A DNA stretch of 64,000 nucleotides, from the NCBI GenBank assembly GCA_951406725.2, contig OX597843.1, forward strand, positions 7,874,001 to 7,938,000, written 5' to 3'. The position numbers and the translations under genes were made by a program. Source of the DNA: Octopus vulgaris (lineage: Eukaryota). The notes under the pieces are model-generated. The model saw only the letters and a list, made by a program, of their open reading frames with translations. It made no database searches and was not told where the DNA came from. Shown piece after piece: positions 44,516 to 57,530 of this stretch; positions within the stretch are counted from its first letter, which is position 1; every line of letters starts with the position of its first letter.

Positions 44516-45024
44516 TTTCCGAAAGAAATGATCACCATTAATGTTAATGAAAGAATACGTAGGTGAATGAATCAAGGGAGGAAGGAAGAAATTGAGTGAG
44601 TGAAAGAATGAAGGAAGATGATGTAGAGTGTGTGTGTGTGTGTGTGGGGGGGGGGGGTGAATGAAAGAAGTCTTTGTTCGAATGAAAAATGAACGAAGGG
44701 AGCGAAAATAGGGGAAAAATTTGTTAATGAAACGAGAAAGAAAAAAAATACCGCCAAGAAAAATGGCGTCTTTCATTTCATTTTGTGACAGCGACATCTA
44801 GCGGAACGGCCTATATCAGTGCCATTGTATGTTTGCTTGTGTGTGTGTGTGTGTGAGTGTGCGTGGGGGTGTTTTGTATGTGCTTGTGGTTTTCGTAGGG
44901 CCTGTGTGTGTTTGTAAGTGTACCTGTGTATATGAAGGTCTAATAATTTGTAATATTCGTAATAATTTATGTAGGTATATAATAGTGTGCACTTATGCAT
45001 TTCTATACATACATACATGATGTA

Positions 45025-45072
<48 letters not shown>

Positions 45073-45199
45073 TATATGCATATATATATATAAATACATA
45101 TATATATATGTATATATATATATATACATATATATGCATATATATATAAATATATACATATATATATAACTATATATCTTTATATATATATAAATATAT

Positions 45200-45410
45200 A
45201 GGCAAACAAGGGAGTCAGAGAAAGGCAGAATGCCACTTAAATCTGAACACTACTATAGAAATATTCTTTTAAAAAAACTTTTCTTCTAATTTTTCTAAAT
45301 TTAATTATTTAATCGTTACAGTTGAAAAGGTCTCAAAATGACCGAAACCGGTACTGAAATGTTCACTATAAAATTATTTTAGCATTTTCTATTTTTGACT
45401 TGTTTTTTCA
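45200..45410 (+). mobile_element. pLTR-like unit with a minimal U3/A8 hammerhead
   Basis: CAG-TTGAAAA-GGTC-tcaaaat-GACC-GAAA-CCGG-TA-CTG at 45319-45356. Homologous to 25241-25414. Confidence 0.7.
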
Positions 45411-45477
45411 TATATAAATATATATATAGATATATATATATATGTATATATATATAGATATATGTATATATATAAGC

Positions 45478-45561
<84 letters not shown>

Positions 45562-45585
45562 GTATATATGTATATATAAATGTGT

Positions 45586-45709
45586 GGCGAGCTGGAAGAA
45601 ACGTTAGCACGCCGGGCGAAATGCGTAGCCGTATTTCGTCTGCCCCGCCGAGGTCGACTTTGCCTATCATCCTTTCAGTGTCGATAAATTAAGTACCAGT
45701 TACGCAGTA
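45586..45709 (+). mobile_element. SINE family B, internally deleted
   Basis: GGCGAGCTGGAAGAAACGTTAGCACGCCGGGCGAAATGC...GAGGTCGACTTTGCC. Confidence 0.8.
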
Positions 45710-45729
45710 CCCATAATACAGGTTTAAAT

Positions 45730-45925
45730 GTAGATCGCTAGCCGCTACACATTCTTTATTTTCTCTCCTTGTTGCTTTCTGTGTTCTTTCTGTTGAAGAG
45801 CCTTAGGCTCGAAATCTTAAAGACTTTTTCACTTCCCGAGCGTTATACTAATACATATGTATTTTGTCTACACTACCTGTCTTCGTCTTTTGTTTCTTTT
45901 TTTTCTTTGTGAATTCTCCCCCTAC
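45730..45925 (+). mobile_element. GAGC-family pLTR-like unit
   Basis: CTTT-CTGTTGAA-GAGCC-tta-GGCTC-GAAA-TCTT-AAAG at 45786-45822. Confidence 0.65.
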
Positions 45926-45944
45926 ATATATACGTAAATGTATG

Positions 45945-46265
45945 CCGCAATCCCTCGACTATCGCGGGTGCAACGTTCCCAAACCCCACCGCGATTGGTG
46001 AAAATCCGCCAAATATAAACAGTACCGTCCCGTATTTTTTTGCTCTTTCTCTTTTTACTTGTTTCAGTCGTTTTGACTGCGGCCATGCTGGAGCACCGCC
46101 ATTGATCGAGCAAATCGACCCCGGGACTTATTCTTTTTTTGTAAGCCCAGTACTTATTCTATCGGTCTCTTTTGCCGAACCGCTAAGTAGCGGGGACGTA
46201 AACACACCAGCATCGGTTGTCAAGCAATGCTAGGGGTACAAACACAGACACACAAACATACAAGC

Positions 46266-46302
<37 letters not shown>

Positions 46303-46636
46303 TGCCACGCAGTGGGACTGAACCCGGTACCATGTGGTTGGTTAGCAAGCTACTTACCACACAGCCATACACATATATACGGCGGGCTTCTTTCAGTTTC
46401 CTTCTACCAAATCCACTCACAAGGCTTTGGTCGGCCCGAGGCTATAGTAGAAGACACTTGACCAAGGTGCCACGCAGTGGGACTGAACCCGGAACCATGT
46501 GGTTGGAAATCAAGCTACTTACCACACAGCCACTACTTATAATTTGTATATATTTATTTTATTATAAATGTAAAATATCACCATGGAGGAATAATAAACC
46601 GCGATAAGTGAACCGCGTTATGGCGAGGAATTACTA
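45945..46636. mobile_element. pogo/Tigger-like MITE interrupted by an antisense SINE A (46048-46537)
   Basis: Ends CCGCAATCCCTCGACTATCGCGG and CCGCGTTATGGCGAGGAATTACTA are imperfect inverted repeats of CAGTAATCCCTCG type. Confidence 0.6.
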
Positions 46637-46709
46637 TATATACACACACACAGATACGTATTCGTACTCACATATACATCAATTTATATACACACACTTC
46701 TATATATAT

Positions 46710-47100
46710 GCGCAGCAGTGGATGTGTGGCAAGTATTTTGCTTACCAACCACATGGTTCCGGGTTCATTGCCACTGCGTGGTACCTTGGGCAAGAATCTT
46801 CTGCTATAGCTTCGGGCCGACCAAAGCCTTGTGAGTGGATTTGGTAGACGGAAACTGAAAGAAGCTCGTCGTATATATGTATATATATATATAGGTCTGT
46901 ATGTGTTTGTGTTTGTCCCCCCCAACATCGCTTGACAACCGATGCTGGTGTGTTTACGTCCCTGTAACTTAGGGGTTCGGCAAAAGAGACCGATAGAATA
47001 AGTACTAGGCTTACAAAGAATAAGTCCTGTGGGCGATTTGCTCGACTAAAGGCGATGCTCCAGCATGGCCGTAGTCAAATGACTGAAACAAGAGTAAAAT
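46710..47100 (+). mobile_element. SINE family A, full length
   Basis: Matches the consensus. Head-to-head with 46048-46537. Confidence 0.88.
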
Positions 47101-47157
47101 TGTGAAAGAGTACAAGAGTATGCGCAAATATCTTTGCCTGCTATTTTATACACACAC

Positions 47158-47225
<68 letters not shown>

Positions 47226-47491
47226 CCATACGTTCCCGTATTACATTTCGTTATGTATGTGAATGTACGATTGTAAATAAGTCCACGTCTATATGCAATG
47301 CGTGATGTGTGTATACTAGAACATGCAGAGGTTTCTCTATACGTATGTAGTTTCAAGCTTTTTTATACATACAAGAAAGCAGGTATGTTTAATATGCACA
47401 ATCTGTGTATGAGTGTGTATATCTCTGTGTAACTTTGTGTATGCATGTGCGTGTGTTTATAGATAGCTAGATGGATGGAAGATAGCTATAT

Positions 47492-47525
<34 letters not shown>

Positions 47526-47668
47526 GTATATACATTCACACATATAAGCATATACATGCAGACACACATATCTATAAGCATACATATACACACGCATATA
47601 TATGAAAGCTTTATAATATTAATATAACATTTATATATACATATGTATGTAGTCACAGAAATACATAA

Positions 47669-47760
<92 letters not shown>

Positions 47761-48010
47761 ATATATATATGTATATATATATATACATACACATATATAC
47801 ATTTATATATATATATATATTTATATACATATATATATATGTAGATATTTATGTATATGTAATATATATGAATATATATATACATATGTATATGGACATA
47901 TATATATATATATGTATGTATATATATATATATATATATATTACATATACATAAATATATATATATATATGCATATATGGGTATGTATATATATATATAT
48001 ATATATGTGT

Positions 48011-48085
<75 letters not shown>

Positions 48086-48169
48086 AAAATCAGATATGCG
48101 TACATACATATATACATGCGTATACCAAGTAGATAACGATGGAGTTATGAGTACAATAGAGGCCGGGAG

Positions 48170-48242
<73 letters not shown>

Positions 48243-48694
48243 GGAGAGACAGAGATAGAAAGAGAAAGAGAAAAAGAAAATCAGAGAGTCGAAGCAACCG
48301 TCGCTTTACAGTCCAACAGTCCCGTGACCCGGAGGGCATTGGCTGTGTGCGCAGAATCTCTCTGTTCTTCTGCGCAACTTCCGGAGGTCGTGATCGTCTG
48401 TATCTTGAAGACAACTCAAATGGCTGACATCTTTTATTTATTCTATTTTATTTTATAACACTTTATTTCTTTTTCATTCCATTCTTTCGTTCTTCCTTTC
48501 GAATCTTCCTCCTAACTTTGAGTTACTCTATCTCGATTCTTCATTTTTCCTCCAATTTTTTTATCATTATTATTATTATTATTATTATTCATTTTTCGGT
48601 TTCCTTCGCGTTATTCGGTGAAAGATGTTGGGCGATTTAAGTCCCATTTCTTATAATATATTTTCCATCCCCATCGCCTTCCCAATCATGGTCC

Positions 48695-49095
48695 CTCTTC
48701 TTCTTCTTCTTCTTCTTCTTCTTCTTCTTCTTCTTCTTCTCCTCCTCATCCTCCTTCTTCTTCTTCTTCTTCTTCTTCTTCTTCTTTTTCTTCTTCTTCT
48801 TCTTCTTCTTCTTCTTCTTCTTCTTCTTCTCTTTGTTACTGTAGTTGTTGTTGGTCTTTTCTGTTGTTCTTGTTCTTGTAATTCTTCATCTAATTCTTGT
48901 TGTTGTTGTTTTTCTTCTTCTTCTTCTTCTTCTTCTTCTTCTTCTTCTTCTCCTCCTTCTTCTTCTTCTTCTTCTTCTTCTTCTTCTTCTTCTTCTTCTT
49001 CTTCTTCTTCTTCTTCTTCTCCTCCTCCTCCTTCTCCTCCTCCTCCTCCTTCTCAGTTCGTTTCTTCATTCAATCTCTGTCTCTACCTCTTCTCA

Positions 49096-49130
<35 letters not shown>

Positions 49131-49790
49131 CCATTTCGCCCTTCTTCCACACTTCTCTTCACCACCCCCTCACCCTCACCCTTCCCCTTCCCCTCCTCCT
49201 CCTCCTCCTCCTCCTCCTCCTCCTCCTTCTTCTTCTTCTTCTTCTTCTTCTTCTTCTTCTTCTTCTTCTTGTAGTTGTTGTTGGTCTTTTCTGTTGTTCT
49301 CTTGTTCTTCTTGTAATTCTTCATCTAATTCTTGTTGTTAATGCTGCTACTGCTACTGCTGTTGTTGTTGTTGTTGTTGTTCTTCTTCTTCTTCTTCTTC
49401 TTCTTCTTCTCTTTGTTACTGTAGTTGTTGTTGGTCTTTTCTGTTGTTCTTGTTCTTGTAATTCTTCATCTAATTCTTGTTGTTGTTGTTGTTGTTGTTC
49501 TTCTTCTTCTTCTTCTTCTTGTTCTTCTTGTTCTTCTTCTTCTTCTCAGTTCGTTTCTTCATTCAATCTCTGTCTCTACCTCTTCTCACCTTTCTCTCTC
49601 CCTCTCACTCTCTCTCTCTCTCTCTCTCTCTCTCAAGCCATTTCGCCCTTCTTCCACACTTCTCTTCACCACCCCCTCACCCTCACCCTTCCCCTTCCCC
49701 TCCTCCTCCTCCCTTCTCCTCCCTTCTCCTCCTCCACCTTCTCCTCCTCCTCCCCTTCCCATCCTCCTCCTCCTCCTCTTCCCTATCGTC
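48695..49790. repeat. polypyrimidine (CTT/CCT/CT)n block with an internal duplication
   Basis: The unique anchors CTCAGTTCGTTTCTTCATTCAATC and CAAGCCATTTCGCCC each occur twice (about 49030-49200 and 49545-49705). Confidence 0.9.
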
Positions 49791-50159
49791 GTCTGCCTTT
49801 CACCAAGTCCTTCATTTCCCAATACATATACATTGTTGTAGACAGTTTATTATTTCTCACCGTTGTTGTTGCTGTTGTTGTTGTTGACGTCGTTAATAAC
49901 GTTGGCTTTTTATTTTATTTTATTTTCTTTGTTGTTGTTGTTGTTCTTCTTCTTATCATTGTTGTTTAAACTTTCTACACTCATTTTTCTTTTTTCATTT
50001 CTTCATATCTGATTTTTTTTTAGTTCTCCCCGTCCCCACCCCGCACCCGTCTTTTACCAAATTTTCTTCCTTTTCGTCTTTCCTGAAACTCTTTTGTTAT
50101 GGCTGTCTGTTTTATCGCCGTCGTCATCGTCTTCTCCTTGTTCTCTCATGTATATGTAT

Positions 50160-50246
<87 letters not shown>

Positions 50247-50254
50247 TATTTATA

Positions 50255-50285
<31 letters not shown>

Positions 50286-50326
50286 GTATATGTTTATATA
50301 TATATGTATATATATGCATATATATA

Positions 50327-50381
<55 letters not shown>

Positions 50382-50438
50382 AAATAGCACCACCACGCAA
50401 TCACACGCATACACACAGACATTGTATGTGTGTGTATG

Positions 50439-50680
50439 TACAAGTCACAGTGCAGAAGTTTTGAAACTTTTACAGGAGGAATATTGATTAATTTTCAAGA
50501 AGTGCAAAACTCTGATGTCCTTCAGTTTAAGTTCCTCTGACTTCAATGCACTTGTTGTAGCCATTTTGTGAAAGCTCCATGGAAGTCCTTCAAAGTGGGG
50601 GTTTTCATGACCGTTTTTAATGAATCCTTTTTCGCTAAAATGACTACCCCCGAGGTCCTCCTTCAGCGTAGAACACAACT
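50439..50680 (-). pseudogene. mariner transposase C-terminal remnant and 3' end
   Basis: Minus-strand pieces LCSTLKEDLGGSHF and YNKCIEVRG. Probably continuous with 51211-51322. Confidence 0.55.
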
Positions 50681-51210
50681 ATGAGTCACAGAGAAACGCT
50701 GAGACTATAGGGAAGATGAAGGACGGTTTTGGTGCTTGTTCTCTGTCAAACAGTTCGTTACCCAGATGAAATTGTGGAATGGTGCATTGCCCTGGGTTTT
50801 TGTACATATACTTGCGACGGCGTTTACACAGGGCGGGTTGAACCGGCTTCTTCTCTGGTCCTTCTCCTGGGAATATTGAATTCACAAGTGGTCCCCGATA
50901 TCCCGCATGCATATCCCGAGTAACGGGAGGCACTGTTTGCCGCGGAGTCTCCACAGACGCAGGGACAGAACGACCTCGAAGCCGCCGGTTGCCGATCAGA
51001 CTTGGAATTTTTCTTGGAATTTTCTTGGAATTTTCTCTTGGAATTTTCACCAGAGCCCCGTTGACCAGGCTGCGACCCTAATACCGCTCGGTGCCCGACC
51101 AATTCGCCTTGGGTGGCCCTACCAGGAACCAAAGTTCCTGACGGCATAGCTCTGGCACTGCCTGTTTACACCACCCTACCACTTTGAGGAGGGGTTGGAC
51201 TTTAGGGTTT
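50681..51210 (-). mobile_element. RTE-like LINE 5'UTR segment inserted into the mariner remnant
   Basis: The minus strand GAGCTATGCCGTCAGGAACTTTGGTTCCTGGTAGGGCCACCCAAGGCG resembles the structured 5' region of RTE/BovB-type elements. The segment is GC-rich. Confidence 0.5.
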
Positions 51211-51322
51211 TCACGACGAAGTCTCTTTCTGAACTCCCTCAAAACCTTCACAAAGTATTCTTTGCTGATTGTTTGGTGTGAGGGAGCCCAGTCGATGTAG
51301 ACTATGCCCTTGCTGTCGAAAC
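51211..51322 (-). pseudogene. mariner transposase central fragment
   Basis: The minus strand reads FDSKGIVYIDWAPSHQTISKEYFVKVLREFRKRLRR. Confidence 0.7.
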
Positions 51323-51759
51323 TTGAAAATACCCTCTTCCCAGAATTCAGGTGGTTTCATGGCAAAGAATTCATCAGGGTATCTTTTTATGTCATCCAAG
51401 GAATTGAAATTTTTACCATTAAGACTATTCTGCAGAGACCTGAATAAGTGGGAATCTGAAGGAGCAATATCTGGTGAATATGGAGGGTGGGGTAACACAT
51501 CCCAGCCAAGCTGCAGCAATTTTTGTCTGGTTCCCAAAGCATCAAGTGCCGAAAATGAACTTTCTTATCTTCCATTTTAAAGGGTTACAGAATTAACACA
51601 GGTTATAGGAACATAAACTTTTTTCCACGAAAAGATAGCTTAAACTGTGCTCTAATTGGAGGTGTAGTCAAATCCTATTTTATGGACTCAACCATGTTCT
51701 AGAATAAGTCGAAAGGTAAGCTGCTATAAATCTGCACGAACTTTCCAGGCAACTCAATA
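51323..51759 (-). mobile_element. internally deleted mariner element (5' TIR plus fused N- and C-terminal coding pieces)
   Basis: TIR TATTGAGTTGCCTGGAAAGTTCGTGCAGATTT. MEDKKVHFRHLMLWE is joined to QKLLQLGWDVLPHPPYSPDIAPSD (YSPDLAPxD motif). Confidence 0.85.
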
Positions 51760-51843
51760 CCACTAATACAATAACTTTATCATTGTTCGACAAAGCCTTA
51801 GAGGGCTGATGCTATATTTACGCGGTATCATGTATGAATCCAC

Positions 51844-52190
51844 GGCGGTGAGCTGGCAGAATCGTTAGCATGCCGGGCGAAATGCGTAGCCGTATTTCGT
51901 CTGCCGTTATGTTCTGAGTTCAAATTCCGCCGAGGTCGACTTTGCCTTTCATCCTTTCGGGGTCGATAAATTAAATACCAGTTACGCACTGGGGTCGATG
52001 TAATCGACTTAATCCGTTTATCTGTCCTTGTTTGTCCTTTCTGTGTTTAGCCCCTTATGGGTAGTAAAGAAATAGGTATTTTGTCTGTCTACGTTCTGAG
52101 TTCAAATTCCGCCGATGTCGACTTCTACCCTTCATCCTTTCAGGGTCGACGAAATCGACTGGCTTCCTCCCTCCGAACATTTCAGGCCAA
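51844..52190 (+). mobile_element. SINE family B with an internally repeated body
   Basis: Head GGCGGTGAGCTGGCAGAATCGTTAGC, then two copies of TTCTGAGTTCAAATTCCGCCGA.GTCGACTT...TTCATCCTTTC. Confidence 0.85.
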
Positions 52191-52195
52191 TATAT

Positions 52196-52279
<84 letters not shown>

Positions 52280-52281
52280 GT

Positions 52282-52541
52282 TATATGTGACAATTATTAG
52301 GTAGCCAAGATAAAACTCCGAGTTTCGGATGCTGGGGCGAAAACCCACACCGCCATCTCTTCAGTTATCCGGCTATCGAAAACATGAAGAGATGCCGACG
52401 TGGGTTTCCGACCCGACATCCGAAACTCTGAGTTTTATCATGGTTGCCGAATAATTATCACATATTATATTTAGAGATAAATTCTTCTATTTACATAATA
52501 TCAAGGTCTCTTTCATTATTTTGTTGTCTTACCATTTCTAT

Positions 52542-52544
<3 letters not shown>
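52282..52544. mobile_element. head-to-head pLTR-like pair (CTGAAGA-GATG HHR family) inside (TA)n
   Basis: Imperfect inverted arms at 52282-52363 and 52385-52464. Homologous to 59931-60100. Confidence 0.75.
52309..52369 (-). ncRNA. type I hammerhead ribozyme
   Basis: GATAA-CTGAAGA-GATG...CATC-C-GAAA-CTC-g-GAG-TT-TTATC. Canonical core, 5-bp stem I, GUU triplet. Confidence 0.7.
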
Positions 52545-52593
<49 letters not shown>

Positions 52594-52595
<2 letters not shown>

Positions 52596-52970
52596 GCGCA
52601 GGAGTGGCTGTGTGGTATGTAGCTTGCTTACCAACCACATGGTCCCGGGTTCAGTCCCACTGCGTGGCACCTTGGGCAAGTGTCTTCTACTATAGCCCCG
52701 GGCCGACCAAAGCCTTGTGAGTGGATTTGGTAGACGGAAACTGAAAGAAGCCCGTCGTATATGTGTATATATATATACATATATGCGTGAGTGTGTTTGT
52801 GTGTCTGTGTTTGTCCCCCTAGCATTGCTTGACAACCGATGCTGGTGTGTTTATGTCCCCGTTACTTAGCGGTTCGGCAAAAGAGACCGATAGAATAAGT
52901 ACTGGGCTTACAAAAGAATAAAAAGGCGGTGCTCCAGCATGGCCGCAGTCAAATGACTGAAACAAGTAAA

Positions 52971-52972
<2 letters not shown>
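52594..52972 (+). mobile_element. SINE family A (short deletion near the tail)
   Basis: Matches the consensus. Confidence 0.9.
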
Positions 52973-53064
<92 letters not shown>

Positions 53065-53076
53065 ATAAATATATAA

Positions 53077-53250
53077 GCGAAATGCTTGGCGGTTTTTCGC
53101 TATATTCTGAGTTCAAATTCCGCAAAGGTTGGCTTAGCCTTTGATCCTTTCGGGGTCGATTAACTAAGTACCAGTTATGCATTGGAGTCGATGCCATCGA
53201 CTTAATCCTTTTTCCCCAATTTTGAAGCCTTGAGCCTAAAACAGAATGGA
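53077..53250 (+). mobile_element. degenerate SINE family B with a (TTA)n tail
   Basis: TTCTGAGTTCAAATTCCGC...TCCTTTCGGGGTCGAT...AAGTACCAGTT. Confidence 0.7.
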
Positions 53251-53542
53251 TTATTATTATTATTATTATTATCTTTTAAGCTTTCTCGATTTCCCATTTT
53301 TTTTTCATGCTACTGGGATTTATGGTTTGTGTCTTATCCCCCTAGGTGGCGACACTGTGCATGATCTCAAGTATTTAAAGATTTCCGAAAAATAGTAGAA
53401 ACGTTTTAAAAAATAAATAACCACATTTAGAATCTAAGATAAGGTTCCGAGACAAAAAATCATCACATCTTTTTAATAGAATTTTTGTTTAAGGAATTTT
53501 TGACTAAGTTTTTTTAAATAGCTTCATAAAGCGTAATATATG

Positions 53543-53576
<34 letters not shown>

Positions 53577-53650
53577 TGTATGTATGTATGTATGTATGTA
53601 TGTATGTATGTATGTATGTATGTATGCATGTATTTATGTATGTATGTATG

Positions 53651-53682
<32 letters not shown>

Positions 53683-54055
53683 CTTGTGTGTGTATGCGTC
53701 TGCGTAAGAGCATATCTAAATGTGCATATATATATATATGTATATATATATGTATATATATATATATATGTATATGTGTGTGTGTGTGTTTGTATAGATG
53801 TGTGCAGCTGTGTGTGAGGGTGTGTATGGGTTTATATATACATATACGTAGATGTATACGAATATATGTATACACATGTACATTTATGTGCATGTATATC
53901 TGTGTATGTATATATATATTCGCACACACGTGAGCGCTCACATACATTTATTTCATATGTATACAGATGTATATATATGTATATATATGTACGAAAATTT
54001 ACATGAATATACGCGTACACATATATACGTATACATATATACATTTATACACGCG

Positions 54056-54094
<39 letters not shown>

Positions 54095-54096
54095 GC

Positions 54097-54133
<37 letters not shown>

Positions 54134-54245
54134 GCGCACGCATACACGATTCTACAAAGACACAAGTATGTTAGAATATATATATATATCATATGTATAT
54201 ATATATGTATATATGTATATATATATGTATATATATATGTATATA

Positions 54246-54290
<45 letters not shown>

Positions 54291-54298
54291 TATACATA

Positions 54299-54366
<68 letters not shown>

Positions 54367-54396
54367 GTATATATATATTTATCTATATATATATAT

Positions 54397-54548
<152 letters not shown>

Positions 54549-55073
54549 TATATAATTCTATATATACGCGCAGGCGCACACGAATGTATAAAGACACAAA
54601 TATGTTAGAATATGTAGCTCTCATTTCTATTTTTGCGATGCATTCTATTTTACGTCTAAAAGTTTTTCCTTCTGAGAGAAGCACGTTATTTTTCTATTAC
54701 TCGGCAGACACGAATGGACAAGAAATTCTTGGAAACAATAAAGAAATCTCAAAGCTTCGAAAGGTTTAGCAGTGCTAAATCCTACCAGATGCCAAATGGC
54801 TGCTTCAAGAGGTTTCGCTTCAACCAAGACTGTCTGTAATACCAAATACCATTAGAATTTCCTGTTAAAAGGGGACATCGTTCTATATAGGGTCTTCTTA
54901 ATCTCTACCAGTTCCAACACAGCAGAAAAGACAGTGCTGACTCACAAGGAGTTTAATATACTTTGTAGAATATTATGGTTGCAAGACGGAATACGGGGGG
55001 GGGGGGGGTCTTATCAATTAATTAATGTTTACATACCAGCTGCCAGGAATGCGTTTAATGTATAAAATTGGGA

Positions 55074-55826
55074 AGGCGGCGAGCTGGCAGAAACGTTAGC
55101 ACGCCGGGCGAAATGCTTAGCGGTATTCCGTCTGCCGTTACATTCTGAGTTCAAATTCCGCCGAGGTCGACTTTGCCTTTCATCCTTCGGGATCGATTAA
55201 GTTAAGTACCAGTTACGTACTGGTGTCGATGTAATCGACTTAATTCGTTTGTCTGTCCTTGTTTGTCCCCTCTGTGTTTAGTCCCTTGTGGGTAATAAAG
55301 AAATAGGTATTTCGTCTGCCGTTACGTTCTGAGTTCAAATTCCGCCGAGGTCGACTTTGCCTTTCATCCTTTCGGGGTCGATTAAATTAAATACCAGTTA
55401 CGCACTGGGGTCGATATAATCGACTTAATCCGTCTGCCTGTCCTTGTTTGTCCTCTCTGTGTTTAGCCCCTTGTAGGTAGTAAAGAAATAGGTATTCCGT
55501 CTGTCTTTACTTTCTGAGTTCAAATTCCGTCGAGGTCCACTTTGCATTTGATCTTTTCGTGGTCGCTAAATTAAGTAGCAGTTGCGTACTGGAATCGAGC
55601 TAATCGACTGGCCCCTTCCTCCAAAATGTCAGGCCTTGTACATAGAGTAGGAAAGAATATATAAAATTGGGAAGGTGGCGATCGAGCGAAATGCTTAGCA
55701 GTATTTCGTCTGAGTTCAAATCCCGCCGAGGTCGAATTTGCATTCGATCTTTTCGTGGTCGCTAAATTCAGTACCAGTTGCGTACTGGAGTCGATCTAAT
55801 CGACTGGCCCCCTCCCCCAAAATTTC
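55074..55826 (+). mobile_element. SINE family B: three-body copy (55074-55657) followed by an older copy (55673-55826)
   Basis: Body repeats of about 185 bp start at 55122, 55306 and 55491. TATAAAATTGGGAAGG occurs at 55061-55076 and 55660-55675. Confidence 0.85.
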
Positions 55827-55866
55827 GAGCAGATGGTTAGCAGCGACGCCTGCTGGGTTCGGCTAC

Positions 55867-55909
55867 TCCACATTGATAAGGGGCAACTACCCCGAAACTA
55901 GTTTGTGGA
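55867..55909 (+). ncRNA. minimal type I hammerhead ribozyme (U3/A8 variant) within a short repeat at 55830-56100
   Basis: TCCACA-TTGATAA-GGGG-caacta-CCCC-GAAA-CTAG-TT-TGTGGA. 6-bp stem I, 4-bp stem II, palindromic ACTAGT stem III. Confidence 0.8.
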
Positions 55910-56189
55910 TGTCAAACCAGCAAGGGGAAGCTGCTGACCTCCCCTGTTCGAAGGTTATAATGGACACAGGTTCATGTGTTACGTAACTAGCTAGAGGCGA
56001 TGGTCTCTTGAAGCTAGTCAACGGCAGAATTCGTCCTATTTTTCTGGACTGCCATGTTAGCTTGGCGGTAACTATTAATATCCAGTACCGCTGCCGTAGT
56101 CTCCTTTAGAGAGATTTAGAAATATTAATATACATACATATACACATACATACATACATACATACATATATACATACATACATATATAT

Positions 56190-56220
<31 letters not shown>

Positions 56221-56470
56221 AACATATATATATATACAGAAACATATATATATATATATATGTGTATATACAGATATTTATATATATATATATACATGCG
56301 TGTATATATATATATACATATTCATACATATATATATATACATATATATATATACAAGTACTTTGGTTTTTCTGGGAACCCCTTTTAAAGAAGAAGGAAT
56401 AGCTAAGATTTTTTGACTGCTATTTCTAAACTTCGGTATGTGGTGAAGCAAATCTTTGCTGAACCCCAAT

Positions 56471-56509
<39 letters not shown>

Positions 56510-57366
56510 GCGTACAAGGATATAAGTACACAAGTCATGACAACGAGGACACACTTATATACACCAACTGAATCACACGCACTGTCTCTCTCACACTTAA
56601 ACACAGTAATACTTTTTAAAAAAATAAACATCAAATCTATCCCCTCTTCCTCTCTCACTAACAAACGATCACCCCCACCCCCACCCGCCGCAACCATTCT
56701 CACCCCACCACCACCACTCTCACTGCAACGTTTTTTCCAATTCCACGCTCCTCAGACATAAAAAATAATACAATAATAAAAAAACTGAGACGTACGACTG
56801 CAAAAAAACGTTTAGTATTAAGAAATATTTAAAGAAACCGAGTCACGAAAGCGATTAAGAGTCAGCGCTTAGACATTGCTGAACGCCTCTACCTCACCAC
56901 GACACTACAAAACACATATCACCACTACAACTACAACTACCGTTGCTGCTGCCCTTCTCTGTGGCGGATGTTGCTGAATATGCTGATGGTAGTGACTGCG
57001 AAATGTTGATAAAAAGCAAAAAGCTCGCCGTGTCGGTTTGACCTGCTGGAAAAAGAAATTTTTGCTGCTAAATTGCCGTAAAGTAGGAGTTATATAAAAA
57101 AAAATAAAATGATCCCTAAAGATTTTAAGTGATGAAAGGGAGAAGTGGGGTTTGGAGGCTGTAGTGTCGCAATATAGGGAGTAAAAAAAAATAACGCTGT
57201 GAAGATAGCGACTATATACATCCATATATATAAATAACACTGAAGCAAAGTAACACAAAATATATAGTGCGTGTGTTTTTATTGGCTAAACTGGCAATAT
57301 GACCATTCCGAAATACAACAATATCTGTTTCAACACACGATTTCACATAAAAAATCTTGCACAGCA

Positions 57367-57403
<37 letters not shown>

Positions 57404-57530
57404 GAGTAAATAATTTCTTGAATGGTTTTTAAAAAAACCCAACAATTATTTACTGGTAGATTTCGGCACATAAATATAACCATTAACGGTAGGAGATTCT
57501 GTAAAGTTCAGTATATATATATATTGTATA

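Noticed and set aside
50679-51149. GC-rich 80-123 aa ORFs on both strands
   Set aside because: No recognisable domain. The region fits a retroelement UTR.
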